This document shows positions 1-6,568 of a stretch of DNA of 11,329 bases, piece by piece. The stretch is from Methanobacteriaceae archaeon. GTDB taxonomy: Archaea > Methanobacteriota > Methanobacteria > Methanobacteriales > Methanobacteriaceae. Position 1 is the stretch's first letter. Every line of letters starts with the position of its first letter. Position numbers and translations under genes: made by a program. The DNA lies in contig PWMT01000063.1 in assembly GCA_003558085.1 (NCBI GenBank), positions 1 to 11,329 on the forward strand. The letters run 5' to 3'. A model generated the notes under the pieces. It was not told the DNA's origin. It made no database searches and saw nothing but the letters and a program-made list of their open reading frames with translations.

Positions 1-97
1 AAATATTATTGCTAAAACTGTTACAGGTATGATTGATTCCCTAGAAAAAGATTCCGATAAGATAGATCGTATAGAATTGGTGGTTCGAAATAAGTGA
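1..97 (+). CDS. mobB: 3' end (partial) of molybdopterin-guanine dinucleotide biosynthesis protein B
   Basis: The frame starting at base 2 reads NIIAKTVTGMIDSLEKDSDKIDRIELVVRNK* (TGA 95-97). It resembles the C-terminal tail of methanogen MobB proteins and lies directly upstream of moaA. Only 31 codons are visible. Confidence 0.6.
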   Translation, partial: NIIAKTVTGMIDSLEKDSDKIDRIELVVRNK

Positions 98-184
98 TTT
101 TTAAAAATTCTATTTTTATTTAATTAACTGGGACCAATTTTTTTAGGATCGTACCTAAGAAATATTTAATTTAAGAATTAATTA

Positions 185-1120
185 ATGGATAACATGCTTG
201 CCAAAGACAGCTTTAATAGACCTATTATCTCTCTTAGAATATCTATCACCAGTCGTTGTAATGTAAAATGTTTATATTGCCACCATGATGGTGTATTGCC
301 ACAGGAAAGTGAAATGACTGCTGATGAGATATTTAAAATAGTTCAGATTGCGAAAAATTTAGGAATAGGAAAAATAAGACTTTCTGGTGGGGAACCACTG
401 ATAAGATCGGATATAGTAGATATTATAGAAAAAATATCCTCCCTTAACTTTAAAGATCTTTCTATCACCACCAATGGTACTTTAATGGAACATTATGCCC
501 AAGATCTAGTTAATGCTGGTTTAAAAAGAGTCAATATTAGCCTGGACACTCTGAATCCTGAAACTTATCGTTATATAACCAATCGAGACTTTCTAGAGAG
601 TGCTAAAAGGGGAATTAAAGCTGCTTCCAAGGCTGGTTTAGATCCTGTAAAGGTAAATATGGTAGTAATGAAAGATATAAACCACGACGAGATTTGGGAT
701 ATGTTCCAATTTTGCAAAGATAATGGTGCGGTCCTACAATTAATTGAACTTTTAAAAACAGAAAGCTGTCCTGATGCTGATTTTATCGATGAATATCATT
801 ATAAAATGGATTCTTTAGAAGAAGAATTAGCATATATGGCTGATGAAGTAAAAATTAGAGCATTTATGCAAGACAGAAAGAAATATTTCGTGGATGATGG
901 AGAAATAGAAATTGTAAAACCCATGGACAATACTGAGTTTTGCAAGAACTGTACTAGACTTAGAATCACACCTGATGGAAAAATTAAACCCTGTTTACTG
1001 AGAAATGACAATCTAGTAGATATAATTGGAGCTGTTCGTGAAGGTAGAGATGATAAAGAATTAGAGAGAATTTTCATCCACGCTATTGAGAATAGAAAGC
1101 CTTATTATCTAATTTCTTAA
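185..1120 (+). CDS. moaA: GTP 3',8-cyclase (radical SAM, molybdopterin biosynthesis)
   Basis: N-terminal [15 protein letters not shown], radical-[30 protein letters not shown], and the C-terminal cluster motif [20 protein letters not shown]. The start could be ATG 185 or ATG 194. Confidence 0.97.
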   Translation: MDNMLAKDSFNRPIISLRISITSRCNVKCLYCHHDGVLPQESEMTADEIFKIVQIAKNLGIGKIRLSGGEPLIRSDIVDIIEKISSLNFKDLSITTNGTLMEHYAQDLVNAGLKRVNISLDTLNPETYRYITNRDFLESAKRGIKAASKAGLDPVKVNMVVMKDINHDEIWDMFQFCKDNGAVLQLIELLKTESCPDADFIDEYHYKMDSLEEELAYMADEVKIRAFMQDRKKYFVDDGEIEIVKPMDNTEFCKNCTRLRITPDGKIKPCLLRNDNLVDIIGAVREGRDDKELERIFIHAIENRKPYYLIS

Positions 1121-1266
1121 CTTCAAAAAATTAAAGCTTCCTTTATTGAATATAAAATTTCTTCCACATCATCCCCACCTTATGCATCTGCATAATGCTC
1201 GCATACGATGTTTAGCAATTTATACAAGCTCATATTTACTGTGCAGCAATGTTTATGCAGTTAAAA

Positions 1267-1294
1267 TTTAAGGACTTCTTTTTAAGGCCTTCTT
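1267..1294. repeat. 14-bp tandem duplication
   Basis: TTTAAGGACTTCTT (1267-1280) followed by TTTAAGGCCTTCTT (1281-1294), 13/14 identical. Confidence 0.6.
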
Positions 1295-1708
1295 TTGTTG
1301 TTGCTGCGATAGCGCTATATTAATGTTTATTTTTTTCTATTCAACAAACTAGCTATCACCCAAACGACGAAAAAAACACTCCGCCCGATAACCGGTTTAA
1401 GCACTTCTTGTAAACCTGATAGCAAAATCCACCTACCGCAAAAACTATGCCTCCGGCAAGACCCATCAGCTATTTGGTTTTTCTACATACACAACCCTCC
1501 TGAATGTGCATTTATTGTATTCCCCAGAGACTTTAACAGAAGCCATTTATATAATAAACTAAATAAAGGGACAGGTCCTTTGTGATGCTTTGTTTACCAG
1601 TCTATATATGTCATTACGGGCTTTATTATCCACTCTGCTCCTCAAATCCTATAAAACGCTTTAAGTCGACTTCTCTAATCCCCCATACCCTCCCGGCTAG
1701 CTTATGGT

Positions 1709-1730
1709 TTTTATTTTTATAAAAATAAAA
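1709..1730 (-). terminator. Perfect 22-bp AT palindrome, probable terminator of the 121-aa gene
   Basis: TTTTATTTTTATAAAAATAAAA is its own reverse complement. It lies immediately after the stop codon of the minus-strand ORF 1732-2097 and gives oligo-T tracts on both strands. Confidence 0.5.
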
Positions 1731-1731
1731 T

Positions 1732-2097
1732 TCATTTCTTTTTATATCCCCTATGCTCCCAAAAAAGCCCTATAAGTCCTACCGTTAATAATATTGTCAA
1801 AAATACCTGTATTATGAAAAAAGGACTTAATATTCCATATAATCCATATAAGTAGCTATACAAAACTATTAAGTATAAAGCAAGTATTCCCACTATCATT
1901 ATACCCCAAAAAAATTTATTATAATTTCCTTTTAAGCTGAATGATTGATAAATTAAAAATAAGAAGAAAATAATTCCTAAAAATAACTTAAAAGGAGAAT
2001 AGGAAATTATAAATTCGTAAAAATTTATTAGGGATACTATAAAGAATAAGCAAATCAGTATTATTCCCCATAAATTGCTTTTACGCATTTTACTCAT
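1732..2097 (-). CDS. Hypothetical 4-TM membrane protein (121 aa)
   Basis: RBS AAGGTGAT 5 nt before the ATG, four hydrophobic segments, basic N- and C-termini, about 25% GC by hand count. Confidence 0.85.
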   Translation of the reverse strand: MSKMRKSNLWGIILICLFFIVSLINFYEFIISYSPFKLFLGIIFFLFLIYQSFSLKGNYNKFFWGIMIVGILALYLIVLYSYLYGLYGILSPFFIIQVFLTILLTVGLIGLFWEHRGYKKK

Positions 2098-2546
2098 AGA
2101 ATATCACCTTACCCCATAATATTAAATTAAGCTTGATAAAATATTATTATTTCCTTTTTAATCAAATAATGATATTCTTTAATCCAATCCCCCCCCATAA
2201 ATAGAAATAAATAGAAATCGAAGTTAAAACTCTGATACTTCATTTGATAAAGCTGAGTGAGATCATAACTATACATCTGATTTATTTTTTTGGATAATTA
2301 AAATTACTTAAAAATTTATTCCTATTTCTATATTTTTTTAAATGGTCTTTATCATCTCTATTAATGTAAAGAATGGATAAATGTTTTTTATCTTAACTAA
2401 TTTTTTTTATACACCTTCGAGAGATTTAAAAAGAAAAAAGATCATTACTAGCCAATACAGTTTTTAAAAAAATAATATTAATAATATATTTAATAATCTG
2501 GAGAGAAATAAGTTATTGCAAATTGAACTATATGACAATTGTTTAG

Positions 2547-2582
2547 AATGAATAAAATTTCATCGTTATAATTTTATTCATT
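2547..2582. promoter_or_regulatory. 13-bp perfect inverted repeat with 10-nt spacer in a divergent intergenic region
   Basis: AATGAATAAAATT (2547-2559), TCATCGTTAT, AATTTTATTCATT (2570-2582). Function is inferred only. Confidence 0.4.
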
Positions 2583-2708
2583 TAATGAAGTAAACTCCCC
2601 TAATAGTTAAGTCTTAAAAAAGAAAAAGTTAAACAAGTACAGAAACATTAGATTTATGTAATATATAATATATATCAGGGGATATGGATGCATTAAAGGA
2701 GGATTATC

Positions 2709-3536
2709 TTGAATAATCTTTTAACTAGATTTAATGTAGTGGCAGTTATAAGCGGAATTTTAATTAGTCTTATACTAGTTCTAATCTTAAAATTCATTAT
2801 TGGTGAATTGGCTTTATGGCTATTACCTATTTTTACTGGGTTTATAACTGTATTTTTTGCCAATGAAACTGAAGCCCCTCCAGTTATTTTATACAGCATT
2901 ATAGCTGGATTATTTACTGTTATTTGGGTAGGTCCCTTTTTTTTAATATTAGCGCCCTTAGGAGGATGTTTTGGAGCCATAATGAATAGTAATTTACTTA
3001 AAAACAGAAGCGTGAATTTGAGTAAGAGTAACCATAATCAATTTTCCAGGGTAATATCCATTGAGAATTGGATTAGACATCCTCAAACCAATAAATTTAT
3101 CCCCTTTATACTAACTCTCTTTTTAGGTATAATATTAGTATTGGGAATCGGTTTACCTGCAGAAGTAGATAATCCTGCCCCTAATAATTTAACTGTAAAT
3201 AATACTAATAATAGTTCTATTTCCCCGGAACTAGTACTGGAAAATAATGTTAAAGAAGGAGTAGAATTATTTTTCAAAGATTTTAACCAGCTCTTCAATT
3301 ATGATGGTAAAAAATCAGGCTATATTATTGAAACTATTGAAATAAATCGACTAAATAAAATATCTAATAGAGAAGTTAATGTCACTGTAAGCTTGAAATC
3401 TATTGACCTTGTAGGTGAGGAATATGATTCCATTTGGAGTGGGCCATTTTATCTGGAAAAAGGAAAGTGGGTAGATGAAGGGGATTTTGTTCAGATACAT
3501 CTTTATAATATAAATACTGGAGAAAAAGTAGTTTAA
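2709..3536 (+). CDS. Hypothetical membrane protein: N-terminal Gly-rich multi-TM domain (DUF5518-like), a further TM helix and a predicted extracellular C-terminal domain
   Basis: TTG start preceded by AAGGAGG, TATA-like sequence at ~2653-2675, hydrophobic residues ~8-92 and ~130-149, then an Asn-rich linker NNLTVNNTNNSS. Confidence 0.85.
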   Translation: MNNLLTRFNVVAVISGILISLILVLILKFIIGELALWLLPIFTGFITVFFANETEAPPVILYSIIAGLFTVIWVGPFFLILAPLGGCFGAIMNSNLLKNRSVNLSKSNHNQFSRVISIENWIRHPQTNKFIPFILTLFLGIILVLGIGLPAEVDNPAPNNLTVNNTNNSSISPELVLENNVKEGVELFFKDFNQLFNYDGKKSGYIIETIEINRLNKISNREVNVTVSLKSIDLVGEEYDSIWSGPFYLEKGKWVDEGDFVQIHLYNINTGEKVV

Positions 3537-3545
3537 AATATTTTA

Positions 3546-3568
3546 ATTTATTAGAAATTATAATAAAT
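3546..3568. terminator. Possible bidirectional terminator between convergent genes
   Basis: ATTTATTA-N7-TAATAAAT inverted repeat with nearby T-tracts in the 66-bp gap between the stops at 3536 and 3603. It is AT-only, so weak. Confidence 0.3.
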
Positions 3569-3602
3569 CTTATACTTTTTAATGGTCTAAAATGAATTCC
3601 AT

Positions 3603-5459
3603 TCAACTTTTATTCATCAATAAAACTGCGTTTTTCTTTTTTTTACATAAATCCAGGCAAGTCCCACATTTAACACATTTTAGTAAATCAATAGAATGAA
3701 CCTCATCTTTAGAACCGGAAATAGCTTCTAGGGGACAGGATTTAAGACATGCCATGCAGCCATCGCAAAGTTCCGGATCAATTACGTATTTAATATATTC
3801 TGTACAATCCCTAGCCAGACAAACATCTTCCTCTATGTGGGCCTGGTATTCATTACTAAAAAATCTCATGGTGGTTAAAATAGGGTTTGGTGCAGATTGT
3901 CCTAAACCACAAAGTGAACCTATTTTAATTGCTTCTGCTAAATCAGGCAGTAAATCAAGATCTTTTTCTGTTCCTTTACCTATAGTTATATCCGTTAAAA
4001 TGTCTAACATTTGTTTGGTGCCTAAACGGCAAGGTACACACTTTCCGCAGGATTCTTTTTGAATGAATTCTAAGAAGTAACGAGCTACTTCAACCATACA
4101 AGTCCCCTGATCCATCACTACCATGCCTCCTGATCCCATCATGGCCCCTATATCCAGTAGGGAACTGTAATCAATAGGAGTGTCTAGATGCTGAGAGGGT
4201 ACACAACCACCTGATGGTCCACCAATTTGTACTGCTTTGAATTCACCATTATCAATTAAACCCCCACCAATATCAAATATAACTTCTTTTAAGGTAATTC
4301 CTAATGGTACTTCAATAAGACCTGTGTTTTTAACCTGACCCACTAGAGAAAAAGTCTTGGTGCCTTTACTTTCACCCTTACCTACTTTAGAATATTTATC
4401 TGCTCCTTGCTGCATAATCAAGGCCACACTGGCCATGGTTTCCACATTATTGATTACAGTGGGTTTACCAAAAAGTCCTTCTGTAGTTGGAAAGGGTGGC
4501 CTAGTGCGAGGAGTTCCTCTCTCACCCTCAATAGAAGCTAGAAGGCCGGTTTCCTCACCACATACAAATGCGCCAGCTCCTTCTTTAATCTCAATCTCTA
4601 GATTAAATCCCGACCCTAAAATATTTTCTCCTAAAAAGCCTAAACTCTTCATTTGATTAATAGCTATTTTTAATCTTTCCAAGGCAAGAGGATATTCAGC
4701 TCTACAATAAATATAAGCTTTTTCTGCTCCAATAGTTTTAGAAGCGATTAGAATACCTTCTAAAACTGAATGAGGGTCACTTTCTAAAAGAGATCTATTC
4801 ATGAATGCTCCAGGATCTCCTTCATCAGCATTGCAAATTAAATAATTAGTTTCCTGTTTTGAATCTAAACAGAGTTGCCATTTCATCCAGGTGGGAAATC
4901 CTGCTCCCCCTCTACCTCGCACTCCTGCTTTCTTCATTTCTTGAATGATTTCTGATGATTGCATTTGCAAAGTTTTTACAAATCCAGAGTAACCATCTTG
5001 GGCCAGATAGTGTCCTATATTGGTTGGATCAATAAAACCACAATTTCGAAGTATTCTTCTCTCCTGCATTTTCAATGGTTTCTGTTCAAATATAGGGCTT
5101 AAACCTTTTATTTCGCCTAATCCCCAAGTTCCCAAAGCTAACTCAGGTAAAGGAGTATCTTGGATTATATGTGATTGTGCTATCTTCCGAGCCCGTTTTT
5201 TGTTAACATTTCCATAAAAAACTCCAGGCTGATGAGGTTTTAAAATGAGTACAATTGGTTCAGCATAACATAGACCAATACAGCCTACCTCTATTATTTC
5301 ACATTCCACCTCAGAAAGTTCAGCTTCAAAAACTTCCTTAACTATTTGAGCACCTGCTGAATTTCCACAAGTTGCAGATCCCACCATAATAGCAGTTTTA
5401 TCTGATAAAAGTTTATTATAGTCCTTTTTTTCTTGGTGAACTATTTGCTTAAAGTTCAT
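3603..5459 (-). CDS. nuoF: NuoF/HydB/HndC-like FMN- and NAD(P)H-binding Fe-S subunit (618 aa)
   Basis: N-terminal thioredoxin-like Fe-S domain (ATCG...GCIGLC), GRGGAGFPT, CNADEGDPGAFM, GAGAFVCGEE, SLBB GGPSG, CGKCVPC...LCGLG, and a C-terminal 2x[4Fe-4S] domain (CDGCMACLKSCP, CVKCGTCLDLC). The start is reassigned from 5510 to ATG 5459 (MNFKQ...), which follows a GGTGA RBS at 5464-5468 and removes the overlap with nuoE. Confidence 0.93.
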   Translation of the reverse strand: MNFKQIVHQEKKDYNKLLSDKTAIMVGSATCGNSAGAQIVKEVFEAELSEVECEIIEVGCIGLCYAEPIVLILKPHQPGVFYGNVNKKRARKIAQSHIIQDTPLPELALGTWGLGEIKGLSPIFEQKPLKMQERRILRNCGFIDPTNIGHYLAQDGYSGFVKTLQMQSSEIIQEMKKAGVRGRGGAGFPTWMKWQLCLDSKQETNYLICNADEGDPGAFMNRSLLESDPHSVLEGILIASKTIGAEKAYIYCRAEYPLALERLKIAINQMKSLGFLGENILGSGFNLEIEIKEGAGAFVCGEETGLLASIEGERGTPRTRPPFPTTEGLFGKPTVINNVETMASVALIMQQGADKYSKVGKGESKGTKTFSLVGQVKNTGLIEVPLGITLKEVIFDIGGGLIDNGEFKAVQIGGPSGGCVPSQHLDTPIDYSSLLDIGAMMGSGGMVVMDQGTCMVEVARYFLEFIQKESCGKCVPCRLGTKQMLDILTDITIGKGTEKDLDLLPDLAEAIKIGSLCGLGQSAPNPILTTMRFFSNEYQAHIEEDVCLARDCTEYIKYVIDPELCDGCMACLKSCPLEAISGSKDEVHSIDLLKCVKCGTCLDLCKKKKNAVLLMNKS

Positions 5460-5490
5460 AAAGTCACCGCAATAATTTATTAAAGTATAT

Positions 5491-5949
5491 CTATGAATCC
5501 GATGGTTCATATTCTTTAAATAATTTATTTATTATTCTTAAAGATAGTTTAGATTTAATTTCATCATTGACCATGGCTGCTGGAGCTAAAGAACAACATC
5601 CCAAGCAACCTACAGATTCCAGGGAATATTCCCCGTTCTTAGTGGTCTCGCCTTCTTTAATATTCAAATATCGTTCAATACCCTCAATTATTTGCTTTGC
5701 CCCGGTAACATGACAGGCAGTCCCTGTGCATACTGATATATGTTTTTTTCCCTTAGGTGTGAATCTAAACTGTGTATAGAAAGTTGCTACTCCATATATT
5801 TCACTCTCAGGTACACCAGTAAATCGAGATACTTGTTGCATAAGTTCTTCAGATATGTATCCAAATTCAGATTGAATTTCTTGGAGTAAAGGAATTAAAT
5901 CAGATTTTTTACCTTCATAATTGGATAAAATTATATTCAAGTCAGCCAT
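5491..5949 (-). CDS. nuoE: NuoE/HydC/HndA-like [2Fe-2S] subunit
   Basis: LIPLLQEIQSEFGYI, GVATFYTQF, CTGTAC...CLGCC ligands, and AAGGAG RBS upstream. Confidence 0.95.
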   Translation of the reverse strand: MADLNIILSNYEGKKSDLIPLLQEIQSEFGYISEELMQQVSRFTGVPESEIYGVATFYTQFRFTPKGKKHISVCTGTACHVTGAKQIIEGIERYLNIKEGETTKNGEYSLESVGCLGCCSLAPAAMVNDEIKSKLSLRIINKLFKEYEPSDS

Positions 5950-6180
5950 AGATAGTCTCCTTTAATTTCCATCCATAAATTAGTTATTATATAGAATTAA
6001 ATTATTTAGGTAAACAATATTTTCATTATACTATTTTTAAGTGTAGGAATAATATAAAAGTAGAATTTTAAAGCATTAAGAGTCCATAGCTTGATTTTTT
6101 TTTAATAAAATTTATTATAGTCTTCCAGTATATAAAGTATTATGAATTTTTTAAAATATTTTTACTGAGAGGTTAAAATT

Positions 6181-6498
6181 ATGGCTAAAAAATATCCAGA
6201 CCATTACTTAAGAATAAAAGATAGATACCCTGAATATAATTCTGTTTTAGGAGATTTAGGAAAAATCATAAGAGAATCAGGCCCAATTAAGCATAAAAAC
6301 TCACATTTAATTCAATTAGCTGCCTCGGCAGCTATAAGATCAGAAGGAGCCGTGCATAGCCATGTTCGTAGGGCAGTTAATGCAGGTGCCACTGCTGATG
6401 AAATTTACCATGCCCTAATATTACTAACCAGCGTTATCGGCTTTCCAAGTGTAGCTGCTGCCATATCTTGGGCTGATGATATTCTTCAGGAAAAATAA
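6181..6498 (+). CDS. Carboxymuconolactone decarboxylase (CMD/AhpD-like) family protein lacking Cys
   Basis: LIQLAASAAIRSEGAVHSHVRRAVNAGATADEI and IGFP motifs typical of the CMD fold, GAGGT RBS, and TATA-like TATATAAA at ~6129. Confidence 0.9.
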   Translation: MAKKYPDHYLRIKDRYPEYNSVLGDLGKIIRESGPIKHKNSHLIQLAASAAIRSEGAVHSHVRRAVNAGATADEIYHALILLTSVIGFPSVAAAISWADDILQEK

Positions 6499-6568
6499 AT
6501 TGTTTATTATCATTTGTTTCTAATCCCATCTAAAGATAATAAAGTAACTAAATAATTTTGGTGTTGCC

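Noticed and set aside
139..162. Small hairpin TTAGG-ATCGTA-CCTAA between mobB and moaA
   Set aside because: Only a 5-bp core plus A-T/G-T extension, which is too weak to call a regulatory element.
799..1077. Antisense ORFs from the track (799-1077, 2693-2980, 3083-3298, 3400-3606, 3754-4062, 4357-4656, 5020-5217, 7596-7877, 9277-9471, 10423-10668, 11044-11226)
   Set aside because: All lie on the opposite strand of well-supported genes and show no recognisable motifs, so they are treated as shadow ORFs.
1090..1120. MoaA lacks the C-terminal GG motif (ends RKPYYLIS)
   Set aside because: This ending is typical of archaeal MoaA and does not indicate truncation.
1170..1215. Minus-strand CGTATGCG... 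vaguely like group II intron domain V
   Set aside because: No catalytic AGC/CGC triad stem, GNRA loop or matching 3' arm, and no reverse transcriptase remnant.
1309..1320. ATAGCGCTAT palindrome and CGCTATAT resembling a ModE half-site
   Set aside because: The second half-site is absent and it is not positioned at a promoter.
5460..5510. 17-aa N-terminal extension of NuoF overlapping nuoE (ORF-track start 5510)
   Set aside because: The downstream ATG at 5459 has a proper GGTGA RBS and no overlap, so the extension is probably not translated.
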